A DNA stretch of 64,000 bases from an uncultured Erysipelotrichaceae bacterium (GCA_945877255.1 CAMCRE010000004.1:26484-90483); one strand, 5' to 3'. Positions 1-7,976 are shown, numbered from the stretch's first letter. Numbers and translations: made by a program. Notes: generated by a model not told the origin, from the letters alone.

Positions 1-421
1 TTAACACTTGTGCCGATGTATTTTTAATGAAAACTAACGGATAACTATTCATAAAGCCGTATTTTTCACCATAATCAATTACCATTTGCAACTGTTGAAA
101 ACTACAAAAAACTATCATAGTTGGTGCTTTATTTTTTTCTTTTGGCTCTTTTATCAACATCTTACTACAAAAGTGCATAAACTCTGGAATTTTAAAATTA
201 TGGTCTGTATCAAAAAATGATTTGTTAGATTTGTCGCTTTCTCCTTTTGTGTTATCTCCGTCGATATACCATTCTGGATTACTTGCATAAGCGTTTTTGC
301 CTAAATTATACGGAATATCTGCTATAACTAATTTCGCTTTAGGTATATGGTATCTTTTATAATTTTGAAAATGGTCATTAAATAATTCACATTTCAATTT
401 TCTTTTCTCATTATTTGTCAT
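1..421 (-). CDS. DNA N6/N4 amino-methyltransferase-like protein, 3' end off window
   Basis: Unlisted ORF. ATG 421..419 overlaps (ATGA) the stop of ORF 418..678. Translation MTNNEKRKLKCELFNDHFQNYKRYHIPKAKLVIADIPYNLGKN has a D-I-P-Y variant of the DPPY motif near the N-terminus. Confidence 0.5.
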   Translation of the reverse strand, partial: MTNNEKRKLKCELFNDHFQNYKRYHIPKAKLVIADIPYNLGKNAYASNPEWYIDGDNTKGESDKSNKSFFDTDHNFKIPEFMHFCSKMLIKEPKEKNKAPTMIVFCSFQQLQMVIDYGEKYGFMNSYPLVFIKNTSAQVL

Positions 422-678
422 TGTTCTATTTCCCTTTCTTTAACAATTGAACCAAACACTTTATTGCCGTCAATAACAGGCTCAAAAATTGGGAATGCTT
501 TATCAACGGCTTTTTTTGGGTTTTTAGCACTAACAATTTTTAATTCATTTGTTAAATTATTTCTTACTGCATAATATCCACTTTCTAAATATAAATATTC
601 AAAATTTTCAAATACTTTATTTTTAAATTTAATATCATCTAATAATCTTAATTTATTGCCTATTTCTAATAATTCCAT
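418..678 (-). CDS. Hypothetical phage protein (86 aa)
   Basis: ORF track; tightly packed in the minus-strand phage operon and ATGA-coupled to the downstream MTase. Confidence 0.55.
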   Translation of the reverse strand: MELLEIGNKLRLLDDIKFKNKVFENFEYLYLESGYYAVRNNLTNELKIVSAKNPKKAVDKAFPIFEPVIDGNKVFGSIVKEREIEQ

Positions 679-681
679 TTT

Positions 682-1194
682 TTACTCCTCAATTTCTAGT
701 ATGTATTTTTTCCAGTTATCTACACCTATGTGTTCTAAACATTCTTTTGCTTTTTCTTCGCTACTAAAATATAACCAACTTGGTAATGTTTGCACGACTG
801 TTTCAATAGCTATATTTGTATCTCCAAAAAAATAAACATATTCTACATAATAGTTTTCATTGTCAAATATAAACCTATAATCATCGTTTTCATATTTCCA
901 TTTTTTAATTTTTGCGATTGTTTTTCTTTTTCCAAGCTCAAATTCTGCGTCTTTTTCAGTCAAAAATGCGTTACCTCGTTCTAAGTCTTCTTTTAAACCC
1001 TCGACAAAATACTTCTCATTAGTACAATCTTTTTTAATTTTTTGTGAATAACGACGTGTTATTAAATAATACTCATCAATACTTTTTATATCGTAAATTG
1101 CTTTAGGTAATTCAATCAATTCAAAATCGCTATTTAATTCGTATTTTATACCGTCTATTTCATAAACTTTTCCAACTTCTAATTTCATTGTCAT
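682..1194 (-). CDS. Hypothetical phage protein (170 aa)
   Basis: ORF track; RBS AAGGAG upstream; no family recognised. Confidence 0.6.
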   Translation of the reverse strand: MTMKLEVGKVYEIDGIKYELNSDFELIELPKAIYDIKSIDEYYLITRRYSQKIKKDCTNEKYFVEGLKEDLERGNAFLTEKDAEFELGKRKTIAKIKKWKYENDDYRFIFDNENYYVEYVYFFGDTNIAIETVVQTLPSWLYFSSEEKAKECLEHIGVDNWKKYILEIEE

Positions 1195-1455
1195 ATATCT
1201 CCTTAAATTTATAATAATCTTCTATTCCACATTGGCAATATTCATTACGTATTGCTTTAATGTTATACCCGTATTTATTTACATAGCGTTTTAATAGCGT
1301 TTTTAACGCATTTAAGCCGTGTTTTTTATTTGGGTACTTGCAATACCTCGAACCGCATTTTATCCCTCCAGCGTTGTTATTTTGTTGCCATAATCGGCTT
1401 TTTCCGTTTCCTGTTTCTAATCGGAACGTTGCGTTGAATAATGCCTGAAATTTTA
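1160..1455 (-). other. Start-less ~98-codon open frame (-1 relative to ORF 1453..1683), Cys-rich (CGSRYC...CQCG)
   Basis: Hand translation gives VKFQALFNATFRLETGNGKSRLWQQNNNAGGIKCGSRYCKYPNKKHGLNALKTLLKRYVNKYGYNIKAIRNEYCQCGIEDYYKFKEIYDNEIRSWKSL*. There is no ATG/GTG/TTG in frame. It is entered from the upstream ORF by a -1 shift at A_AAA_AAG. Confidence 0.5.
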
Positions 1456-1683
1456 CTTTTTTTCTTTTAAATTTTTTATTTCAGTATTTAATTTTTTGAT
1501 CGTATCTTCTTTAAAGTTTAGTGTTGTATCGTATTGTGCTTGTGTTTCAATTAATTTGTTCTTTAATTGATGATTTTCGTGTTTTAACTTTAAATTTGCC
1601 ATAATTCCGTTAAATAGTACATATGCTATCGTTAAAACAAATAATGTAGCTATTAATAATCTTTCTATTTTAATTTTTTTCAT
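1453..1683 (-). CDS. Membrane-anchored coiled-coil phage protein (76 aa), possible 0-frame product of a frameshift pair
   Basis: ORF track; N-terminal TM then heptad-like K/E/L-rich tail. It ends GAA AAA AAG TAA. Confidence 0.6.
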   Translation of the reverse strand: MKKIKIERLLIATLFVLTIAYVLFNGIMANLKLKHENHQLKNKLIETQAQYDTTLNFKEDTIKKLNTEIKNLKEKK

Positions 1684-1685
1684 GT

Positions 1686-2060
1686 TTACTCCTCCTTTAT
1701 ACTTAAAAATTCTTTATTTTCGTATATGTTGCCAATAACTTCTAGATAGTCAGCACAATCAGGATCTAACCTAATAGAAACATTGTCGATTATAGCCCTA
1801 TACTCGCCGTAACGATTTCCAATATATCCGATTTCTTCATCAATTATATCTTTTACAATATCGCCATTAAATATAGCTTTGCCACATTCATCAAAAAATC
1901 CTGTATGATAGCTTATTAAATATTGATTGCTATCTAACATTTCTAAATGGTGGTCAAATTTAAAGATATTACCTTTACTATCTGTTAAAAATTTAATTCC
2001 ACTAGCGTCATCATCATATATAAATATTTTATTCATTTTATCGTAAATCCTAAATTTCAT
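1686..2060 (-). CDS. YopX-family phage protein
   Basis: N-terminal MKFRIYDK and C-terminal EVIGNIYENKEFL resemble the YopX family signature. Confidence 0.7.
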   Translation of the reverse strand: MKFRIYDKMNKIFIYDDDASGIKFLTDSKGNIFKFDHHLEMLDSNQYLISYHTGFFDECGKAIFNGDIVKDIIDEEIGYIGNRYGEYRAIIDNVSIRLDPDCADYLEVIGNIYENKEFLSIKEE

Positions 2061-2090
2061 GATTGCTCCTAACTGTTAAAAAACATATAT

Positions 2091-2294
2091 TTAAGTAGTT
2101 GATTTCCCATAGTCTTGGGATAGTGTCTTGATATATTTCTTGATATATTTCTCTATTCGTTTAATAGTATAATCTCGGAGTGCGTTATTAAAATATCCTA
2201 TTGAATTAGCACGTTGTTCATGATGAATTTCTATTTGTGAAATAGGTCGCTTAAAAAATAAATTTTGTTTTTCTAGTTTTTTATTTTTGTCCAT
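2091..2294 (-). CDS. Hypothetical phage protein (67 aa)
   Basis: ORF track only. Confidence 0.45.
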   Translation of the reverse strand: MDKNKKLEKQNLFFKRPISQIEIHHEQRANSIGYFNNALRDYTIKRIEKYIKKYIKTLSQDYGKSTT

Positions 2295-2313
2295 AATTTA
2301 CTCCTAACTGCTT

Positions 2314-2520
2314 TTATTTTGTTTCGCCTTTTCTGTATGAACCTTGAATATTAAAGAAATTGTTAAAATCACGTCTATTTACTAATCCTGCACGTACTTT
2401 AACACTATGCGGGTTTTGTTTTTGAATTTCTTTAAAATATCTATACATTGTGCTTTTACTCATCGGAATAATTTTTATTGCTTCGTTAATATCTAAATAA
2501 TCTGGTATAATATACGTCAT
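2314..2520 (-). CDS. Small helix-turn-helix DNA-binding protein (excisionase/HTH_17-like)
   Basis: INEAIKIIPMSKSTMYRYFKEI HTH-like segment; RBS AAAGGGGGTG. Confidence 0.5.
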   Translation of the reverse strand: MTYIIPDYLDINEAIKIIPMSKSTMYRYFKEIQKQNPHSVKVRAGLVNRRDFNNFFNIQGSYRKGETK

Positions 2521-2561
2521 GCTTACACCCCCTTTCTGTTTTGTGCTATAATATACTTGTA

Positions 2562-2723
2562 TTAATGGTTGTCTTTATAATTATCTTTTTCGTTTATTTC
2601 TGCTCTTATTAGTGATAATATAAAGGTATTCAATTCTCTTATTACTCTTTCATAGTGTAGTATTGTATGAATATGTTTTATCATTAATACAATAAATGCT
2701 ATCAATAATAGTGTAAATTTCAT
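2562..2723 (-). CDS. Small membrane protein (53 aa, below track cut-off)
   Basis: Hand translation MKFTLLLIAFIVLMIKHIHTILHYERVIRELNTFILSLIRAEINEKDNYKDNH. Its ATG overlaps the TAA of the upstream ORF (TAATG). Confidence 0.45.
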   Translation of the reverse strand: MKFTLLLIAFIVLMIKHIHTILHYERVIRELNTFILSLIRAEINEKDNYKDNH

Positions 2724-2908
2724 TATTCGTACCTTTCAAATATTGAAAACATCTTATCAATGAATTTATCACTGTTATTGTATTCAAGAAAATTGTGGAA
2801 ATTTCTTTTTATGAGTTTCATACAATTTTCTTTTTTCTTTAACTGTTCTTTTAAAATTCTATTTTCTTCTTGCAATTGTTGTAACTCATTTTTATTATTG
2901 TTTTTCAT
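2723..2908 (-). CDS. Hypothetical coiled-coil phage protein (61 aa)
   Basis: ORF track; overlaps the antirepressor 3' end. Confidence 0.45.
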   Translation of the reverse strand: MKNNNKNELQQLQEENRILKEQLKKKENCMKLIKRNFHNFLEYNNSDKFIDKMFSIFERYE

Positions 2909-3653
2909 GTTCGATACGCTCCATATTTGGTAAGTGTCCTAATTCTTTTAATAAATCGTAAATAAATAATCTTCCCTTTTGTGTCCAATATGTATGCACT
3001 TTTACATGGTCGCAACCGTCAATTACTTGTGTTTTTGTTTGTGTATAGCCTAATCTTGCGTATTTTTGGTATAATATCCATATTCCATTTTGCTTGAACT
3101 GTACTTTTTGATTTTGCAATAACTCATTTAACCATTTTGCACTCTTGCCGTAATCTTTAGCTATCATTGTTACACTTACTAAATCTTTATTTTGTAAAAT
3201 TACATCATAATAGCACGCTTTAGGTTGCAACTCTGCTATCTGTTGTGTTTTTACTTTGTTTTCGATTTCCAACTTTTCATTCTCTTCAACTTTTAATAAT
3301 AACTGCTTTAATGCGTCCTTATATGTTGTCGGCAATAGTTGATTTTTGATTTTATTTTCTAATGTTTCGATGTATTTAATTACTGCTTTTCGCACTGCTT
3401 TACTTTCTCGCACTAATACTTGTTTTGCTTGTGATAATGTTAGAACGTACATAGGTCTTAACTCGCCTTTTTTGTCCTTATATTCAACCAAGGAAATTTT
3501 TCCTTCGTTAATTTCTTCTTCAAACTCACTTCTAATTATCTTTAATAAATCATAGTGTAGTAAGTTTGCCTTATTATCTGCCTTTCTAAAAATATTTATT
3601 TGTTCCATAAGTTCTAAACTTGTGATTGTATCTCTGTTTTGTAATTCTTGCAT
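2895..3653 (-). CDS. Phage antirepressor (Rha/ORF6N-like N-terminus + KilA-C-like C-terminus)
   Basis: ITSLELMEQINIFRK N-terminal region. The C-terminal MIAKDYGKSAKWLNELLQNQKVQFKQNGIWILYQKYARLGY resembles KilAC antirepressor domains. Confidence 0.7.
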   Translation of the reverse strand: MQELQNRDTITSLELMEQINIFRKADNKANLLHYDLLKIIRSEFEEEINEGKISLVEYKDKKGELRPMYVLTLSQAKQVLVRESKAVRKAVIKYIETLENKIKNQLLPTTYKDALKQLLLKVEENEKLEIENKVKTQQIAELQPKACYYDVILQNKDLVSVTMIAKDYGKSAKWLNELLQNQKVQFKQNGIWILYQKYARLGYTQTKTQVIDGCDHVKVHTYWTQKGRLFIYDLLKELGHLPNMERIEHEKQ

Positions 3654-3666
3654 TTTTTCTCCTTTC

Positions 3667-4406
3667 TTATTGTTTTAAAAGTTTTGTGTAAATTTCTCTT
3701 ATTAGTTCTAATGGAATATTAGAACGATTGTTATAACCTCTTAATTGACTAAAATGAATTTTCCCTGTTACTTTGTTGTTTCTTAATTTTAAATCAACAT
3801 TGCTTTTAAATTTTGTAGGCTTTTGTATTTCATAATCATAAGCACTGTAAAACGTTAAATTTTCGTATGGTATTTTAAAGCCTAATATTTTATCAATGTA
3901 CGCCCATATTCGCCCATATGCGGGGTTTTCTATTACATAATATTTAGGTTTATACCTTTTTATTATTTCTATTGTGTTGAATATACATAGTTCTCCATTT
4001 ATTCTTGTGATTAATTGTTTGAGTGGCTTATATTGTGTATTTTTAAAGTCTTTATAATCTCTAATAGTAAATTGGCTTAATGGTAATTGACTTTCAAATA
4101 AACTGTTCAAATCTTCTTTTTTCCAACAAGCATTACCACAACTTAAAGCACTTGCTAAACTCCAACTTTCACATGGTGGACTTGCTATTATTAAATCGGG
4201 GGGGGTAATTCATCTAACACTTCAAATATCGGGTTATCCTTTCCTGTTATTGTGTATTGTGCTAAATTTAGATTAATAAAATCACTGTTTTTATTTTCTT
4301 TATCTAAACCGATAGAATATAGTTCTATTTCTTTAAAATCTTTCGCAGCTTTTTTATAACAACCATTGCCACTATCAAATAACGCCCAAACTATAAATTT
4401 TTTTAT
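3667..4406 (-). pseudogene. C5-cytosine DNA methyltransferase-like gene, frame broken in a C8 (plus-strand G8) run; ATA where the ATG is expected
   Basis: Upstream frame reads IKKFIVWALFDSGNGCYKK (FxGxG motif I) up to ...DELPPPI*. The next frame continues DLIIASPPCESWS (PC motif IV) and YVIENP (ENV-like). The run lies at 4198..4205; C9 or C6 would restore the frame. Confidence 0.6.
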
Positions 4407-4424
4407 ATTGTGTTCTCCTTTCTT

Positions 4425-4652
4425 CTAATCTTCGTTATCGTCAAAGATTGTCAAGTCTACTTTTCTATCAATAACTTTAAAACTTTCTAAAATGCTTTGC
4501 ATTTCGTTTTGCGTGAATTTCTTGCTATTGATTTTTTTAGCAACTGCATTTGGTGTTTTGTTTATTATTTTTGATAAATCTTCTGTTGTTAATCCGTAAG
4601 TTGTCATAAAGGAACGCAACTTGTGATTAACTACTTTATTCTTTATTTCCAT
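4425..4652 (-). CDS. Cro/XRE-like HTH regulator (75 aa)
   Basis: HTH segment TTYGLTTEDLSKIINKTPNAVAKKIN; divergent from the CI-like repressor. Confidence 0.7.
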   Translation of the reverse strand: MEIKNKVVNHKLRSFMTTYGLTTEDLSKIINKTPNAVAKKINSKKFTQNEMQSILESFKVIDRKVDLTIFDDNED

Positions 4653-4703
4653 TTTCCACTCCTTTCTGTTGATTTTTGTTATTCTTTTTTTACCAACGCA
4701 AAT

Positions 4704-4733
4704 AGTATATCACATTTTAAAATCATTTGTCAA
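4704..4733 (-). promoter_or_regulatory. Early (Cro-side) promoter
   Basis: Minus strand TTGACA (4733..4728), 18 nt spacer, TGaTATACT (-10 at 4709..4704). Confidence 0.6.
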
Positions 4734-4780
4734 CGATTTTTATCATTTTTGTATTTTTCTTGTTTACTTTTTCTTTTTTT

Positions 4781-4802
4781 GTACTTTTTAGGTACTTTTT
4801 AG
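4781..4802. repeat. Tandem 11-bp repeat GTACTTTTTAG x2 (candidate operator sites)
   Basis: Exact tandem copies at 4781..4791 and 4792..4802. Related GTAtTTTTc and GTTTACTTTTT lie at about 4751 and 4762, between the two divergent promoters. Confidence 0.5.
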
Positions 4803-4831
4803 TTGATTTTGTAAACAACAAAATGTATAAT
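4803..4831 (+). promoter_or_regulatory. Repressor (CI-side) promoter
   Basis: TTGATT (4803..4808), 17 nt spacer, TATAAT (4826..4831). Confidence 0.55.
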
Positions 4832-4857
4832 AAAGATACAAAAAAGAGGTGGATAAT

Positions 4858-5457
4858 ATGGAAAGTTTCGGTTATAAGTTAAAAATAGAACGTGTTAAAA
4901 AACGTTTAACACTAGAACAATTAGCACAAAAATTAAACGTAACACGACAAGCAATTAGTATGTGGGAAAAAAACAATAGAATACCTAGCGACTTAATGTT
5001 CCGTAAAATAGAAAATGTTTTAAAACTTCCTAATGGTTTTTTTGATGCCGATTATCAAGAGATGCCAGAAAACACTATCCCTGTTTTAGGATATGCAACT
5101 GCTGGACTTTTAACAGAACAATACGAGCAAGACTTAGGATATCTTGAAGTACCTAAAAAATACACTGATACACTTAAATATATGTGTGTTAAAGTTTCGG
5201 GTGATAGTATGGATAAATATCTGCAAGACGGCTCATACGCTATATTTAATAAGCTAGCAAGTTATTACAACAATCAAATTGTATTAGTTGAAGTTAATAG
5301 AGAAACAACGATAAAACGCTTTACAGAAAACGGCAACCACATTATATTATTCCCACAATCAAACAATCCAGAACACTTGCCGATTTTCGTTGAGAAAAAT
5401 AAAATTGAAGATTTTAAAATATACGGTGTACTTGTATATAGTTGCTATGAATGGTAA
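4858..5457 (+). CDS. CI/LexA-like phage repressor (XRE HTH + S24 peptidase domain)
   Basis: LTLEQLAQKLNVTRQAISMWEKN HTH; VSGDSM Ser and TIKRF Lys of the S24 dyad. Start moved to ATG 4858 behind RBS AGAGGTGG (the track starts at GTG 4849). Confidence 0.85.
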   Translation: MESFGYKLKIERVKKRLTLEQLAQKLNVTRQAISMWEKNNRIPSDLMFRKIENVLKLPNGFFDADYQEMPENTIPVLGYATAGLLTEQYEQDLGYLEVPKKYTDTLKYMCVKVSGDSMDKYLQDGSYAIFNKLASYYNNQIVLVEVNRETTIKRFTENGNHIILFPQSNNPEHLPIFVEKNKIEDFKIYGVLVYSCYEW

Positions 5458-5461
5458 TAAA

Positions 5462-5493
5462 AAAAAACACTAGATTAATTTCTAGTGTTTTTT
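5462..5493. terminator. Bidirectional intrinsic terminator between convergent genes
   Basis: AAAAAACACTAG-attaattt-CTAGTGTTTTTT: a perfect 12-bp stem with A-run and T-run flanks. Confidence 0.8.
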
Positions 5494-5881
5494 ATTCGTT
5501 ATGTACTTTGTGGCAACAATCAATTTTTGTTAAAACAAAATAATTGTTTTCAGTGTTATAATAACCAAATATTCGGAATGCTGTTCTATCTTTTCCGTAA
5601 TGGTGTAAAGTGGTGTTTATGTTTCCTTTTTGATAATATTCTTTTTTTCCTTTTGTTCTTAAAAATCTTTTATCAACTTCTGAAATGGTTAAGTTTTTGC
5701 CAACTGTATCATCAAGAAATTTTTGAAATTCTTTATAACCATTATGTTTATTGATACACGCAAAATTATATTGTTTTTCTAATTCGGAAGTTATAGCAAT
5801 AATAAAGGGGTAATCCTTATTATTTGCTAAAATTATCCCCTTTTCAGTTTTTTTATTCTCTGTTAATTTAGAACGTATCAA
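5492..5881 (-). CDS. Unclassified 129-aa protein, candidate toxin partner of the Panacea-domain protein
   Basis: Lies 1 nt downstream of the DUF4065 gene. Basic; the C-terminus LHHYGKDRTAFRIFGYYNTENNYFVLTKIDCCHKVHNE is only vaguely RelE/ParE-like. Confidence 0.5.
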   Translation of the reverse strand: MIRSKLTENKKTEKGIILANNKDYPFIIAITSELEKQYNFACINKHNGYKEFQKFLDDTVGKNLTISEVDKRFLRTKGKKEYYQKGNINTTLHHYGKDRTAFRIFGYYNTENNYFVLTKIDCCHKVHNE

Positions 5882-5882
5882 T

Positions 5883-6332
5883 CTAATCTCCAGTATATAT
5901 TGATTTGTAATATTTTCTCATCACTCGTGTATCAATATTTTTATTCGAACGTGCAAAAGTTGGTAATCCTTTACGTGCTTTTTTCCATGGTTCTTCATCA
6001 TGTGTCAACATTTCTAACTCATTACCGCTTTTATCTCCATAAGTACACCATACACTTTCAAGTAATCCTATTTCTTCATCGGTAAAAATGTTAGAGTTAT
6101 CATTATCTTTTTTTTCAATAGTTATCCAACCGTGATTTTTATATTTGTTATACAAGTCAACGTTAACAGGTCCATGCACCCATGCTTGAAATTGGCAATT
6201 TTCTATAACATTTCTATTCAATAGTGCGTGTCCCCATGCAAAATAATAATAACATAATTTTTGCACCTTTTTATGTGGCATTGCTTCTTTATGTAAAAAA
6301 TAATTTGCTACATCAAAAATTGTAATACACAT
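5883..6332 (-). CDS. Panacea (DUF4065, SocA-like) domain antitoxin
   Basis: ANYFL...KVQKLCYYYFAWGHALL...FQAWVHGPVNVDLYNKYK matches the remembered DUF4065 pattern. Confidence 0.75.
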   Translation of the reverse strand: MCITIFDVANYFLHKEAMPHKKVQKLCYYYFAWGHALLNRNVIENCQFQAWVHGPVNVDLYNKYKNHGWITIEKKDNDNSNIFTDEEIGLLESVWCTYGDKSGNELEMLTHDEEPWKKARKGLPTFARSNKNIDTRVMRKYYKSIYTGD

Positions 6333-6396
6333 AGTTATAGCCCCCCTTACTTTAAATAAATTATATCATTTTCATTTTACTATTTCAAGCATTAGT

Positions 6397-7404
6397 TTAT
6401 TTTCTTTCATTCACATATTCTAACACTTGTAATATCTCATGTTTTTTATCTCTAAATAAATGTTTATAAGTACTTTCTAACATCGCAACAGTATGCCCCA
6501 TGTGTTTTGCTATATTATCTTTGTCGCAATATCCTAATACCTCATAACTATATTCAATTAAATTACTTGCGTGTGTGTGCCTTAAATCATGAGGTGTAAA
6601 TCCTGCTTTATTACTGCGTAAAATTTTCGTAATATTTTCATCATATATTTTTTGTGCTGTACCAAATAAAAATCCGTCTTTTACATAAATCTGTCGGTCG
6701 ATAATTTCTCGCATTCTTTTTGTTATTGGTATTTCTCTTACACTGTTTTTACTCTTTAGCGTTTCCCATTTTTTGCCGTCAAGTTGCCTATCAATCACGA
6801 TATGATTTTCATATATTCTATCAAATGTAATAGATAGGCATTCATTAATTCTTAATCCACTATCAAGCAAGAAAAAAAGTATATCTATAACGTTGATGTT
6901 TTTGAATTTTGCACCTTGTAATTTTAAAATCATATCATCAGTAACTGATACATATTTTTTTTGTTTTTCTTTTTTTGGTAATAATAAAAAGTCTGCGTAT
7001 TTTTTGTTTAAGTATTGATATTTATACGCCCAATTTAAAACGGTTTTAATTTTATGAAAATAAGATGTTTTTTTTACTAATTCATTAAGATACACAATAT
7101 TAATTTTTTCAATGTATGTATCGTTTTGCAAAATTATTTTTTCCAAACTATTGTATGATGATAATGTATTGTTTTTTAATTTATTATTTTGTACATAGTA
7201 ATCTACTAACTCAGAAAAAAGCATTCTATTATTAATAATTTGTTTGCTCTCTAAATCGTTTTTGTATTCTTTATCAAATAAAATAGCTTTTTTCTTGCTT
7301 GTTATATCCGTTTGTTTTTGATAGTTTTTATATGTTCCGTCAATTGTTTTATATTTGCCATAAACAATGAATGTTTTTGTTTTTTCATTTAATTTAATTG
7401 CCAT
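6397..7404 (-). CDS. int: Tyrosine site-specific integrase
   Basis: GLRINE (Arg), HDLRHTHAS (H-x-x-R), GHTVAMLESTYKHL (His/Tyr) catalytic pattern. Confidence 0.9.
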   Translation of the reverse strand: MAIKLNEKTKTFIVYGKYKTIDGTYKNYQKQTDITSKKKAILFDKEYKNDLESKQIINNRMLFSELVDYYVQNNKLKNNTLSSYNSLEKIILQNDTYIEKINIVYLNELVKKTSYFHKIKTVLNWAYKYQYLNKKYADFLLLPKKEKQKKYVSVTDDMILKLQGAKFKNINVIDILFFLLDSGLRINECLSITFDRIYENHIVIDRQLDGKKWETLKSKNSVREIPITKRMREIIDRQIYVKDGFLFGTAQKIYDENITKILRSNKAGFTPHDLRHTHASNLIEYSYEVLGYCDKDNIAKHMGHTVAMLESTYKHLFRDKKHEILQVLEYVNERK

Positions 7405-7455
7405 AACTTACCACTCCTTTATTTACATTTTACTGCAAAATTGCTAAAACGTCAA

Positions 7456-7478
7456 TTTTTTATGGTTTTTTTATGGTT
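7456..7478. repeat. Tandem TTTTTATGGTT repeat next to int (possible arm-type site)
   Basis: TTTTTATGGTT at 7456..7466 and 7468..7478 (period 12), in the int-to-junction spacer. Confidence 0.35.
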
Positions 7479-7523
7479 TTAGTTTTGAAAAGTGGCTTTT
7501 TAATTATGTTTTTTATCGTTTTT

Positions 7524-7934
7524 TTATTCCCCTTTTAAATACGAAAATTTAAGTTTTGGTTTATCAAAATAATCAGCCATTTTTACACAATACGCATTAA
7601 ATAAACTAACTGCATATTTTTCTAGAATAACTCTTAAATATTTTTTAATATCGGTATTTTGTGGAATAAATATTGTGTTGTCATCAATGAAAAAACGATC
7701 ACTTTCAACTACATTATAATAATTTCCAAAAACTCTTACTTTCTCATTAATTTCATATTTATTAGAAAATTGAACTTGTTTTTGAAGTTGCTTTAAAATC
7801 CAATCTTTTTTACTATCCACAAAATTTTGAATCGTCGCAAAAGGCATATTAACTGGTGCAGTTACAATAATTTCTTGATTTTTTATTTTTAAATACATAT
7901 TTTTAATGTTTTTTCGTTCTAACTTAAAATTCAT
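7524..7934 (-). pseudogene. N-terminal fragment of a DUF45/YgjP-like (M48-type) metal-dependent hydrolase, cut by the prophage
   Basis: 136 aa ending ...KPKLKFSYLKGE*. The family normally continues with an RWGSC segment and an HExxH domain, and neither is present. The integrase lies where the 3' half should be. Confidence 0.6.
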
Positions 7935-7976
7935 GCAGAGTCTCCTTTTTTATGCTACAATGATAGCGGTGATGAA

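Larger units (their letters stand above)
1..7523 (-). mobile_element. Prophage early/lysogeny region (partial, continues beyond window start); integrase-proximal junction near 7405-7530
   Basis: Tyrosine integrase, divergent CI/Cro switch, antirepressor, YopX, two DNA MTases and many small translationally coupled ORFs. It ends where a host DUF45-like gene is cut off. Confidence 0.8.

Noticed and set aside
5485-5754. 89-aa plus-strand ORF downstream of the CI repressor.
   Set aside because: It begins inside the bidirectional terminator, is antisense to the 129-aa candidate toxin gene, is Phe/Leu/Cys-rich and has no RBS.
4781-7478. Short tandem repeats (11-12 bp, two copies) as a CRISPR or minisatellite.
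   Set aside because: There are only two copies each with no spacer architecture, so they are recorded as candidate protein-binding sites instead.
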